Part shown: positions 17,815-27,002 of the stretch, one piece after another
Position numbering within the stretch: position 1 is the first letter of the stretch
Layout: every line of letters starts with the position of its first letter
Source of the DNA: a virus
IMG/VR virus record: IMGVR_UViG_3300013286_000010
Coordinates: 1 to 64,000 of that record
Length of the DNA stretch: 64,000 nucleotides
Direction: 5' to 3' (one strand)
Program-made: the position numbers and the translations under genes
Notes under the pieces: model-generated
Databases searched by the model: none
Seen by the model: only the letters and a program-made list of their open reading frames with translations
Told to the model about the DNA's origin: nothing

Positions 17815-18670
17815 ACTTTGTAATTTGTTGATCGCTTATTGATATACAAGAAATCATTCCGCACTTTTGAGGTTGAGAAGGTGGCGTCCATCCAGAATTC
17901 CAGATATTTCCTAGAGAAATATTGTTACAATTACTACCCGATACCCAACCTAAATGCCCAATAACCAATGATTCAATTCCTGCATTACACATCTGTCCTG
18001 TAAAACTAGGATTAGAATTATATGTGTCTTGATATCGATCATTCCAGCTTTTGTGTGTAACTTCATGCTCGATAACAAGTTCAGGATCTCTACCTTGCAT
18101 AATTGCTAGTTGTTTCGGAGTATAGTTAAATGATCCTGCCATAGGATCTGCATCAATGTTTAATGTAGCTTTACTCACAACAATGCCTTTAGTTTTTTCT
18201 ATCTCAAGTGCCCGATTCAAATCTTTGTCAAAGTGGTCGGGTCTCATAGGAACAATAACTCCAAGTCCCTTATTATTCTTCTGGAATGTATCTATAATAT
18301 AATTGATTAATGCAGGTTGTTGCCAATAATGATATGTAAGACATAAGTGATCTACATAAGGTTCAATTGCCCACCAATCCATCCATAGCTTTCCGCCATT
18401 AGTATGAAGCGTTAACCAATTACCATTCTCTCTACAAAGTTTTAACAATGAGGGGAAGTAATCGTTATCTAAAGGTTCTCCACCATTGAAAGTCCATTCG
18501 ATTGTTCTGCCCATTTTACCGTAGCCATCAATTAGGAGTTGAGCTATCCGTTTATATTCTTCAATGTCCCTAGGTTCTTCACCACCACGCAATGATACTG
18601 GACAGTAACTACATTCCGATTTACAATAGTTGTTTAAACTCCAAGACACTTTGGTTTTTAAATTGTTCAT
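17804..18670 (-). CDS. radical SAM protein with C-terminal Cys cluster (SPASM/twitch-like)
   Basis: CKSECSYC, GGEP, TNG; C-terminal CNAG...C...LGNI...C...C; likely start ATG 18670. Confidence 0.85.
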   Translation of the reverse strand: MNNLKTKVSWSLNNYCKSECSYCPVSLRGGEEPRDIEEYKRIAQLLIDGYGKMGRTIEWTFNGGEPLDNDYFPSLLKLCRENGNWLTLHTNGGKLWMDWWAIEPYVDHLCLTYHYWQQPALINYIIDTFQKNNKGLGVIVPMRPDHFDKDLNRALEIEKTKGIVVSKATLNIDADPMAGSFNYTPKQLAIMQGRDPELVIEHEVTHKSWNDRYQDTYNSNPSFTGQMCNAGIESLVIGHLGWVSGSNCNNISLGNIWNSGWTPPSQPQKCGMISCISISDQQITKFNL

Positions 18671-18675
18671 ATGTA

Positions 18676-18704
18676 TTGACAAGCCTAAATAAACTCTATA
18701 TACT
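18676..18704 (+). promoter_or_regulatory. sigma70-type promoter
   Basis: TTGACA-17 nt-TATACT upstream of queE. Confidence 0.75.
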
Positions 18705-18725
18705 ATACTTATCTCAAGGATTAAC

Positions 18726-19586
18726 ATGAAAATAAAAGTATCCGAATTATTCTATTCCATTCAAGGTGAAGGTCGCTTTATGGGCGTCCCTAGTGTGTTC
18801 TTAAGAACATATGGCTGCAACTTCACCTGTCAAGGTTTTGGTATGCCACGCGGCACATTGAGCACAGAAGCAGACAAGGTTGCAGTAATGCATGCCATGC
18901 ATCCATTTAAAGATTATAAAGAACTACCACTTGTCGGCACAGGGTGTGACAGTTATGCAAGTTGGCATCCAGACTTTAAAGAATTAAGTCCAATGGTAGA
19001 AGTCGACGGACTTGCAAAGAACATAGTAGGTACATTGCCTTTTAAAGAATGGCGTGATGAACATCTTGTCATTACAGGTGGCGAGCCATTGTTAGGGTGG
19101 CAACGGGCATATCCAGAATTATTAGATCAGCCTTGCATGACGAACTTAAAAGAAATTACTTTTGAGACAAACGGAACAATGCGTCTGACCAAAGACTTTA
19201 GACAATATCTACTTAACTGGACATTGGGCAATAAGTCAAGAGGTCGAGATGCACTTACATTTTCCATCAGTACTAAACTGCCGTCGAGTGGTGAAGCATG
19301 GGAAGATGCTATCAAGCCGGAAGTGGTATTAACATACGAAGATGTCGGACACGCATATCTCAAGTTTGTTGTAGCAACAGAACAAGATATCGAAGATGCA
19401 TTAAAGGCAACACAACAATATCGTGATGCTGGATTCAAAGGTAATGTCTACTTAATGCCGGTCGGCGGCGTTGAAAGTGTATACAGCGTTAATAACAAAA
19501 CTGTTGCATTAGCTGCAATGAAACATGGTCTCCGTTATAGTGATCGTTTGCAGGTGCCGTTGTTTAAAAATGAGTGGGGAACTTAA
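18726..19586 (+). CDS. queE: 7-carboxy-7-deazaguanine synthase (radical SAM)
   Basis: ELFYSIQGEG..G.PSVF.R..GCN, CDS, ITGGEP, ETNG, KFVV, YLMP. Confidence 0.88.
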   Translation: MKIKVSELFYSIQGEGRFMGVPSVFLRTYGCNFTCQGFGMPRGTLSTEADKVAVMHAMHPFKDYKELPLVGTGCDSYASWHPDFKELSPMVEVDGLAKNIVGTLPFKEWRDEHLVITGGEPLLGWQRAYPELLDQPCMTNLKEITFETNGTMRLTKDFRQYLLNWTLGNKSRGRDALTFSISTKLPSSGEAWEDAIKPEVVLTYEDVGHAYLKFVVATEQDIEDALKATQQYRDAGFKGNVYLMPVGGVESVYSVNNKTVALAAMKHGLRYSDRLQVPLFKNEWGT

Positions 19587-20044
19587 TGAAAAACTTTTTT
19601 AAAAAGATAACCGGACTAGCTGCTATAGAAGAAGCCAAAGTTAAGGCAATTGCAGAAGCAGAAAAGATTAAATCAGATGCCAAAGAAGCAGCAGTTAAAG
19701 CAGTAAAAGTAGCCGAACAAGCAAAAGAAGAAGCTCGCATTGCCGCCCTATCTCCAAAAGAAGCAGCAACTGAAAAGAAAGAGCCATACATTATGGTTCT
19801 TAACACACATGTTAATATGGACAATGTGCGTAATGGATTCTTTGAGCTTGACTGGAACGAGTACTTTGTGTTACAGTTAAAGAGTGCTGGATACACAGGC
19901 GAATCAGACGAGGCTGTTGTAGATCAATGGTTCAGCGAGCTTTGCCGAAATGTCGGCGCCGAAGAAGGCGTCAACATGGACCGTAGAGGCAGTGGATTTA
20001 TCAGCGTAAATAATTTAGGTAACGGAAAGTCAGAGGTTTCTTAA
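19586..20044 (+). CDS. hypothetical protein
   Basis: TAATG coupling; GFFELDWNEYF. Confidence 0.75.
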   Translation: MKNFFKKITGLAAIEEAKVKAIAEAEKIKSDAKEAAVKAVKVAEQAKEEARIAALSPKEAATEKKEPYIMVLNTHVNMDNVRNGFFELDWNEYFVLQLKSAGYTGESDEAVVDQWFSELCRNVGAEEGVNMDRRGSGFISVNNLGNGKSEVS

Positions 20045-21036
20045 TGTCAAAGACATATATTCTCGTAGATACTGCAAATACTTTCTTTCGGGCACGTCAT
20101 GTTATTCGTGGTAGCTTGGAAGACAAAGTTGGTATGAGCTTACAAACAGTGTTTATGAGTGTGCGTAAGGCATGGCGTGAATTTAAAGGCGATCATGTTA
20201 TCTTCTTTTTGGAGGGGCGTAGCTGGCGCAAAGATTACTATGCTCCTTACAAGCGCCAACGCACAGAAGCTCGTGCGGCACAGAGTCCTCGAGAAGCGGA
20301 AGAAGATCGTGTATTTTGGGAAACGTTTGATCAGTTTAAAGAGTTTATCACTGCAAAGACCAATGCCACAGTATTGCAACATCCACAATTAGAAGCTGAT
20401 GATTTGATTGCAGGTTGGATACAAAGTCATCCAGAAGACAGCCATGTTATTATCTCAACAGATGGCGACTTCGCACAATTGATTGCACCTAATGTGAAAC
20501 AATACAATGGTGTAATGCAGATTACAACAACACATCTAGGATACTTTGATGAAAAAGGTAAGTATGTCGTTGATAAGAAAACTGGATTGCCAAAAGGGCC
20601 GCCGGAGCCTGAATGGCTACTATTCGAAAAGTGTATGCGTGGCGACACCTCCGACAACATCTTTAGTGCATATCCGGGAGTACGTGAGAAAGGGACAAAG
20701 AATAAAGTTGGTCTCCGTGATGCGTTTGCCGATAGAGCGTCCAAAGGATATTCTTGGAACAACATGATGTTGCAACGTTGGACCGACCACGAAGGTGTCG
20801 AACATCGTGTGCTGGATGATTACTTCCGCAATGTAAAACTCTGTGATCTAACTGCTCAACCAGCCGATATTCGTACACTTATCAACGAAACAATCGAAAG
20901 TGCAACTACAGCCGATAAGAATATTTCACAAGTTGGTATCCGTTTGTTAAAACTTTGTTCAGAATTTGACCTAGTAAAGATTAGCGAACAGATACAGAGC
21001 TACGCAGAACCGCTTAACGCAAGGTATATTAAATGA
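20044..21036 (+). CDS. rnh: T4 RNase H-like 5'-3' exonuclease
   Basis: VD..N, EG.SWR, EADD, STDGD, GDTSDNI motifs. Confidence 0.88.
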   Translation: MSKTYILVDTANTFFRARHVIRGSLEDKVGMSLQTVFMSVRKAWREFKGDHVIFFLEGRSWRKDYYAPYKRQRTEARAAQSPREAEEDRVFWETFDQFKEFITAKTNATVLQHPQLEADDLIAGWIQSHPEDSHVIISTDGDFAQLIAPNVKQYNGVMQITTTHLGYFDEKGKYVVDKKTGLPKGPPEPEWLLFEKCMRGDTSDNIFSAYPGVREKGTKNKVGLRDAFADRASKGYSWNNMMLQRWTDHEGVEHRVLDDYFRNVKLCDLTAQPADIRTLINETIESATTADKNISQVGIRLLKLCSEFDLVKISEQIQSYAEPLNARYIK

Positions 21037-21515
21037 TCTCAACAGCCAAGGTATTGATTCCAAATAAAGAATGGTTGGTCCGCGACGAAAGTCGTAAAAT
21101 TGGTAGCATTGCCAAAGGTAAACAAGGCTATAGTTTCTTACATAAAGGAAATCAAATAGATTTTAAAAATCTAGCAGATATCAAAGCTCAATTTGGTATT
21201 GCGATATTTGAAGAAGGTATTAAGAAGGTTAAAAAAGATACCGCAGAAGGTAAGAACTACTATATCTATGACTTTCCTTGCAGTAGCAAACCCTACGAAT
21301 CTGTTTATAGCGTTAAAAAGAAACTGCCGTTGTATGCCAAAAGTGCCAAAAGTAAAAGTCAATATTGTGCAGGACATTACATTATACAATTCCGTAAAGG
21401 TTGGGTAAAAAGTTTCTGTCCAAAATTGATTACATTAGAACGATATCCTTATCAAGGACCGTTTAAAACAGAAACAGAAATGAAAACTGCATTAAATAAT
21501 GTGAATAAATTATGA
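21033..21515 (+). CDS. hypothetical protein
   Basis: ATGA-coupled, 160 aa. Confidence 0.75.
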   Translation: MISTAKVLIPNKEWLVRDESRKIGSIAKGKQGYSFLHKGNQIDFKNLADIKAQFGIAIFEEGIKKVKKDTAEGKNYYIYDFPCSSKPYESVYSVKKKLPLYAKSAKSKSQYCAGHYIIQFRKGWVKSFCPKLITLERYPYQGPFKTETEMKTALNNVNKL

Positions 21516-21733
21516 AACAACTTAACACATTACCAATTGAAGACTTTCTAGACAAGACCCGTATTGCAATTAAGTCAAATCAAAAGAATCTTACACTAAC
21601 TATCAAAGAAGCTACCGATCTTCAAAATAGTTTGAGTGTGGTTATGACTAGATTAGCAGGGGAGCTGGATCAAATGGCTGCAACTGCACAACCTAGCACT
21701 GTAGAAATTAAGATGGATGGTGGCACATTCTAA
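21512..21733 (+). CDS. hypothetical protein
   Basis: ATGA-coupled, 73 aa. Confidence 0.7.
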   Translation: MKQLNTLPIEDFLDKTRIAIKSNQKNLTLTIKEATDLQNSLSVVMTRLAGELDQMAATAQPSTVEIKMDGGTF

Positions 21734-21777
21734 TTAAACCTGCTAAATATATACGCACTTTTCGGAGAGATGTATAT

Positions 21778-22077
21778 ATGAGTAGGCCAAAACCCAAAGT
21801 CTTATTAGAGGTAACTAGTAAAAAGACTTATAAAACAGAACAAGTTCTAGAAGCTGATGCTATCTGGGCAGTATTCTATCAGGATAAACCTATCAATCTG
21901 AAAACAAGTAGTCTTGTAGCACAGCAATTAGGTCCAAAATATAAGAAAGTTAGTTTCTCAAATAGCGGACATGCAATTAATCTTGCCGAAAAGCTCAATA
22001 AGCAATTCAATACTACAGAATTTGCTGTTTTTAAATTGGTAACTGGAGATAAGTTAACCAATGAATCAAAAGACTGA
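21778..22077 (+). CDS. hypothetical basic protein (late promoter upstream)
   Basis: TAAATA 21744-21749, SD GGAG, 99 aa. Confidence 0.75.
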   Translation: MSRPKPKVLLEVTSKKTYKTEQVLEADAIWAVFYQDKPINLKTSSLVAQQLGPKYKKVSFSNSGHAINLAEKLNKQFNTTEFAVFKLVTGDKLTNESKD

Positions 22078-22438
22078 CATAACCAAATACGTAGCAGAGC
22101 AATCTAATCTTTCTACGGACGACAAATCCATTAGAAAACTTATTTCCCAATGGTGGATCAATCCTCGCCAAAAGGTCAAGGGCGGGTTGAGACTATCCGA
22201 CGATGGGTTTGCCAGACTAACTACTCAATTCAAATCCTATAAAGTTAAGTTTGATGAGCCCGTAGACTACACGAATCAACTGATTATCCGTTTGGATAAC
22301 TTCATAGACTGTCCTTGGTATCTTACCAAAAAGGAAATTTATGTTTTTAACGACAAAATGGCTGTGCAATTAGTGTTGTTTTCTGGTAACATTGCAAAAT
22401 TTAGCACTGCAAAGGCAAAAAGTCTAAAATCTGCTTGA
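22061..22438 (+). CDS. hypothetical protein
   Basis: 125-aa overlapping ORF. Confidence 0.7.
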   Translation: MNQKTDITKYVAEQSNLSTDDKSIRKLISQWWINPRQKVKGGLRLSDDGFARLTTQFKSYKVKFDEPVDYTNQLIIRLDNFIDCPWYLTKKEIYVFNDKMAVQLVLFSGNIAKFSTAKAKSLKSA

Positions 22439-22463
22439 CATAGACACTGTTTCCGTGTATAAT
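22435..22463 (+). promoter_or_regulatory. consensus sigma70 promoter
   Basis: TTGACA-17 nt-TATAAT, perfect. Confidence 0.85.
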
Positions 22464-22525
22464 TAATACATACTGAAGCACAAGGCAGTCAGTATTTAAA
22501 TTAACCCAAACACTGAAAGTTTAAA

Positions 22526-23605
22526 ATGGCAGAACAAATTAGTTCAAACCGCACAGTTACACCCAACGAAGCTAAACGCTCAATTCGTAAGTGTGTTAAA
22601 ATCCAGCGTCCTATCTTTATGTGGGGCCCTCCCGGTATCGGTAAGTCCGATATCGTTAAACAAATCGGCGATGAACAAGGTCGTGAAGTTATCGACGTTC
22701 GCCTGTCACTGTGGGAACCCACTGACATTAAAGGTATTCCATATTACAATAGTACCGAAAACACAATGACATGGGCTCCTCCTGCTGAATTGCCCACAGA
22801 TCCAGAGTCTACTGCTATCTTGTTCTTGGATGAGTTGAACTCTGCGGCTCCTGCTACACAGGCAGCGGCTTTTCAATTGGTGTTAAACCGTAAAGTTGGC
22901 ACATATTCATTGCCAAAGGGTGTTTCAATTGTTGCCGCAGGTAACCGTGAAACTGACAAGGGTGTTACTTATCGTATGCCTGCTCCGCTGGCTAACCGTT
23001 TTGTTCACTTGGAACTGAAAACTGACTACGAAGATTGGTTGCAGTGGGCTACTAATAACCATGTGCATGAGCAGGTTGTAGGTTATGTTGGCTTTGCCAA
23101 ACAAGACTTGTACGATTTTGATCCAAAGTCTAGCTCACGTGCATTTGCTACTCCGCGTAGCTGGTCTTTCGTTAGCGAATTGTTGTCAGACGACGACTTG
23201 GATGAAGGCACATTGACTGACTTGGTGTCAGGTGCAGTTGGCGAAGGCTTGGCATGTAAGTTTATGGCACACCGTAAAGTGGCAAAACAAATGCCTAAAC
23301 CCGAAGACATCCTGTCTGGCAAGGTTAAGAAGTCCGATATCAAAGAGATCTCTGCAATGTATTCTTTGACTGTGTCACTATGCTACGAACTTCAAGGCGC
23401 TGACCAGAAGAAAGTTAAAGGTTGGGATGCTATGGCAGACAACTTCTTTGGCTTTATGATGGATAATTTCCCAACTGAATTGGTTGTTATGGGTGCAAAG
23501 GTTGCGTTGACTAACTATCAACTGCCATTTGATGCTAGTAAGATGCAGAACTTTGATCGGTTCCATGCAAAATACGGCAAGTACATTATCCAAGCAATGG
23601 AATAA
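22526..23605 (+). CDS. MoxR-like AAA+ ATPase
   Basis: Walker A GPPGIGKS, Walker B LFLDE, AAGN, ANRF, TPRSW. Confidence 0.9.
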   Translation: MAEQISSNRTVTPNEAKRSIRKCVKIQRPIFMWGPPGIGKSDIVKQIGDEQGREVIDVRLSLWEPTDIKGIPYYNSTENTMTWAPPAELPTDPESTAILFLDELNSAAPATQAAAFQLVLNRKVGTYSLPKGVSIVAAGNRETDKGVTYRMPAPLANRFVHLELKTDYEDWLQWATNNHVHEQVVGYVGFAKQDLYDFDPKSSSRAFATPRSWSFVSELLSDDDLDEGTLTDLVSGAVGEGLACKFMAHRKVAKQMPKPEDILSGKVKKSDIKEISAMYSLTVSLCYELQGADQKKVKGWDAMADNFFGFMMDNFPTELVVMGAKVALTNYQLPFDASKMQNFDRFHAKYGKYIIQAME

Positions 23606-23609
23606 AACT

Positions 23610-23629
23610 GGCCCGCAAGGGCCTTTTTT
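23610..23629 (+). terminator. intrinsic terminator
   Basis: GGCCC-GCAA-GGGCC followed by T6. Confidence 0.85.
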
Positions 23630-23688
23630 ACTCGCATTTTTTCTAATTTGAATGTATAATTGTATATATACACTAGTAAAGGACCGAT

Positions 23689-24945
23689 ATGTCAAGCGTA
23701 ATGAAAACTGAAAAAGTTAAAAAGCCCGTAGCTACCAAAGAGTATACGCAGGCAGAAAAGAATAAAATTGTTGAGAAGCTGGTCACAGCCCGTATTGGCC
23801 TGTTGTTGCGCCATCCGTTTTTTGGCAATTTGGCAACACGCATGAAGTTAATTGATGCATCAGACTGGTGTGCTACACTGGCTACAGATGGTCGTAACTT
23901 CTATTACAATAACGACTTTGTCAACAAACTCAAACCCAAAGAGGCAGAGTTTGGATTTGCACACGAAGTTCTCCATAATGTGTTTGACCATATGGGCCGT
24001 CGTGATCACCGTGATCCCACATTGTCAAACATTGCCGCTGACTATGCCGCCAATCAAATTCTTAAAGATGAGCGCATTGGTGAAGTGCCTACATTCATTA
24101 AGATTTTCCAAGATAACAAATATCGTGGCATGAGCTATGAACAGATCTATGATGACCTGTATGAAAAGGCTGACAAGATTGACATCGGTTCTTTAGGCGA
24201 GCTGTTAGACGAGCACTTGGATGGTGATGACGAAAGTGACGGCGGCGGTGAGGACGGTGATCAAGAAGGTAAGGGCAAACGTCCAAAACTCACTGCTGAA
24301 GAAAAGAAAGCTATCCGCGATGAGATCAAGGAAGCTATGGTAGCGGCTGCACAGGCAGCAGGTGCTGGGAAAGTGCCTGCAGGTATCCAGCGCATGATTA
24401 GTTCATTCACTGAACCTAAAATGGACTGGCGTCAAATGTTGCGTATGAATATCCAAAGTATTCTTAAGAGCAACTTCAGCTTCAGCCGCCCTAACCGCAA
24501 GTCACAACACTGTGGCGCTATCTTGCCAGGCATGATGAACGAAGAAACTATCGATGTGTCCGTAGCAATTGACATGTCTGGTTCTATTAGTGACTCAATG
24601 GCAATGGACTTCTTGAGTGAAGTCAAGGGCATTATGGATGAATATCAAGACTTTAAATTAGATCTGTGGACATTCGATACCCGTGTGTATGGCTATCAAC
24701 GTTTTACTGGTGATACTGCTGATGAGATCTTGTCCTACAAGTGCCAAGGGGGTGGTGGAACTGACTTCGATGTTAACTACGATTTTATGAAAGAGGAAGG
24801 CATCGAGCCCAAGCGTTTCATTATGTTTACAGATGGCTACCCTTGCGGCAGTTGGGGTGATGAGAACTATTGTGAAAGTCTGTTTATTATCCACGGTAAT
24901 GACAGCATCGTTTCTCCATTCGGTCAGACTGCGCATTATAAATAA
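23689..24945 (+). CDS. HExxH metallopeptidase-like + vWA domain protein (DUF2201-like)
   Basis: ATDG, HEVLH, MIDAS DMSGS, GGGGTDF, FTDG. Confidence 0.85.
   Translation: MSSVMKTEKVKKPVATKEYTQAEKNKIVEKLVTARIGLLLRHPFFGNLATRMKLIDASDWCATLATDGRNFYYNNDFVNKLKPKEAEFGFAHEVLHNVFDHMGRRDHRDPTLSNIAADYAANQILKDERIGEVPTFIKIFQDNKYRGMSYEQIYDDLYEKADKIDIGSLGELLDEHLDGDDESDGGGEDGDQEGKGKRPKLTAEEKKAIRDEIKEAMVAAAQAAGAGKVPAGIQRMISSFTEPKMDWRQMLRMNIQSILKSNFSFSRPNRKSQHCGAILPGMMNEETIDVSVAIDMSGSISDSMAMDFLSEVKGIMDEYQDFKLDLWTFDTRVYGYQRFTGDTADEILSYKCQGGGGTDFDVNYDFMKEEGIEPKRFIMFTDGYPCGSWGDENYCESLFIIHGNDSIVSPFGQTAHYK
24937..24944 (+). promoter_or_regulatory. T4-type late promoter TATAAATA
   Basis: Perfect consensus 12 nt before ATG 24957. 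Confidence 0.65.
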
Positions 24946-24956
24946 GTAGGTAGTTA

Positions 24957-25253
24957 ATGCCATTAAGCAGAGGTGAGATTAACCCATTAGGTGTTCTGAA
25001 GTTAAGGAAACTTTCCTTTATTCCAGAACACTTTGGTAAAATATCAGTAGATCAATACGTTGATATCAAACTTATTGACCACTGGATTAGCTACAACTTA
25101 AATAGTAGGTATGCAATAAAGAAGAAGATAACATTAGACCCTAATAAAAAAATGGTTGACGTTATTGAAATAGGCATGGAGGATCCTCGGGAGATTACTA
25201 TGTTGACTTTAGGATGTCCCTACTTACATAAAACATTAAAGGATAAATTTTAA
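24957..25253 (+). CDS. hypothetical protein
   Basis: 98-aa ORF. Confidence 0.7.
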   Translation: MPLSRGEINPLGVLKLRKLSFIPEHFGKISVDQYVDIKLIDHWISYNLNSRYAIKKKITLDPNKKMVDVIEIGMEDPREITMLTLGCPYLHKTLKDKF

Positions 25254-25254
25254 A

Positions 25255-25497
25255 ATGGAAAATCAAGAACAAACTCAAATGCCAACTGAAGAAGGCGTAG
25301 CACCCCAGGCTCCTCAACCAGAGTTGAGCATCAATGATCTTCAAAATCTACGCGGCATTATCAATGTAGCAGTTAAGCGTGGCGCATTTGAAGCCGCAGA
25401 ATTAACTCCAGTCGGTGCTGTATATGATCGATTGAACGCATTTTTAAATGCAGTAACACCAGCACAACCTGCACCAGACCAGGCTCCAGCAGCCTAA
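25255..25497 (+). CDS. hypothetical protein
   Basis: 80-aa ORF with SD AAGGA. Confidence 0.75.
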   Translation: MENQEQTQMPTEEGVAPQAPQPELSINDLQNLRGIINVAVKRGAFEAAELTPVGAVYDRLNAFLNAVTPAQPAPDQAPAA

Positions 25498-25509
25498 TAG
25501 GAGAATCAC

Positions 25510-26121
25510 ATGAAACATGTGGGAAAAATGAAAAACAATGGAGCCAAGGTAGTTGTTGCATATCGCACACTGCCCGGAGATCCACATAGTGCCCTAGTCG
25601 TAGGCACTAATAATCTAGGCGATACTTATCATGATTCATTGATGAGCACCGTTCAAGACAATAGTGCCCAACAGGCAAACGAACTTGCAGACATTTTAGC
25701 TGTTCGTCGTTTCCCCGATGGTAGCAATATGCTGGAATGGTTGCACAGGCGTGGCAATCTTAAGAAAGTTCCCACTGACGGCGTGTTGATGACTCCTACT
25801 CCGCAAACAAGCATTTCGTTAGATGAATTGAATGTATTGATTGCAGAACAAAAGGGTATTACTCTAGATGAGTTAGCTGTCACTGATGGCAACACTCCTA
25901 ATCCAAAGAGTAAAAAATCCGATCCAACTAAAACTACCAGCGCCAGCGTAAATGGTGAGGATGAGATTGTCGTAGTCGAAACTGCTGAAGAAGATATGAC
26001 TCCTGCTCAACTACGTAGCAAGGCCGATGCATTGTTCAAGCAGGCCCAAGTCTTGCGTAAGCAGGCAGACGCTATTGATCCTCCAAAGAGCAAGAAAAAA
26101 GCCTCTGTAGAAGTTGAATGA
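25510..26121 (+). CDS. hypothetical protein
   Basis: 203-aa ORF with SD AGGAG. Confidence 0.8.
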   Translation: MKHVGKMKNNGAKVVVAYRTLPGDPHSALVVGTNNLGDTYHDSLMSTVQDNSAQQANELADILAVRRFPDGSNMLEWLHRRGNLKKVPTDGVLMTPTPQTSISLDELNVLIAEQKGITLDELAVTDGNTPNPKSKKSDPTKTTSASVNGEDEIVVVETAEEDMTPAQLRSKADALFKQAQVLRKQADAIDPPKSKKKASVEVE

Positions 26122-27002
26122 GCCAATCTGAAGTAGCATACCTAAACGCACTGCGAGACATTTTGGATCACGGTGAGGATCGTCCTGATCGTACAGGAAC
26201 TGGTACTCGCAGTATCTTTGGTCTCCAGATGCGTTTTGAGTTGACCGAAGGCTTTCCTGCTATCACTACAAAGAAGTTGGCATGGAAGGCGTGTGTTAGT
26301 GAACTAATTTGGTTTATTGAAGGCAGCGGTGACGAATATCGTTTGAGAGAAATCCTACACGGTGATCGTTATAGCGACAAGAAAACTATTTGGACTGACA
26401 ATGCACAATCTGACTATTGGGTCAAGCAACGTCTCCAACGTCATCCAGGTGACCTAGGTCGTGTCTATGGTGTTCAATGGCGCAGATGGCGCAAGCCTTT
26501 GATCCGTGTTAACAAGGTTGTGCTACAAAATCACGATCAGTTAATTGAATTGATCAACGGCATTAAAGATGATCCATACAGTCGCAGGCACATTATCAGT
26601 GCATGGAATCCTGGAGAATTGGACCTAATGGCACTTCCGCCTTGTCATATGATGGCACAGTTCTATGTCAGCAATGGTAAGTTGAGCTGCCAAATGTATC
26701 AACGTAGTGCTGACATGTTCTTGGGAATGCCCTTTAACATTGCATCATATGCATTGTTCACTCATATGATTGCACAAGTATGTAATTTAGAAGTAGGCGA
26801 TTTGATTATCAGTGTAGGTGATGCTCATATCTATGACAATCACTTTGATCAGGTCAAAGAACAATTGGCTCGTAAGCCGTTTCCATTACCAACATTAAAA
26901 TTGAATCCAGATATTTCTGTTATTACAGAATTTGATATGAATGATATTAATCTAGACGGTTATGAAAGCCACGAAGCTATTAAGGCTCCAATGGCTGTTT
27001 AA
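26118..27002 (+). CDS. thyA: thymidylate synthase
   Basis: DRTGTG, YG.QWR, SRR, LPPCH, YQRSAD, PFN, H.Y.NH. Confidence 0.96.
   Translation: MSQSEVAYLNALRDILDHGEDRPDRTGTGTRSIFGLQMRFELTEGFPAITTKKLAWKACVSELIWFIEGSGDEYRLREILHGDRYSDKKTIWTDNAQSDYWVKQRLQRHPGDLGRVYGVQWRRWRKPLIRVNKVVLQNHDQLIELINGIKDDPYSRRHIISAWNPGELDLMALPPCHMMAQFYVSNGKLSCQMYQRSADMFLGMPFNIASYALFTHMIAQVCNLEVGDLIISVGDAHIYDNHFDQVKEQLARKPFPLPTLKLNPDISVITEFDMNDINLDGYESHEAIKAPMAV

Noticed and set aside
23632-23660. sigma70 promoter for the vWA gene
   Set aside because: TATAAT is present but the -35 (TCGCAT) is poor; not called
26118-27002. Thymidylate synthase as a dCMP hydroxymethylase feeding the glycosyltransferase
   Set aside because: Canonical ThyA motifs including the dUMP-specifying Asn (PFN) are intact, and the gene is about 9 kb from the GT
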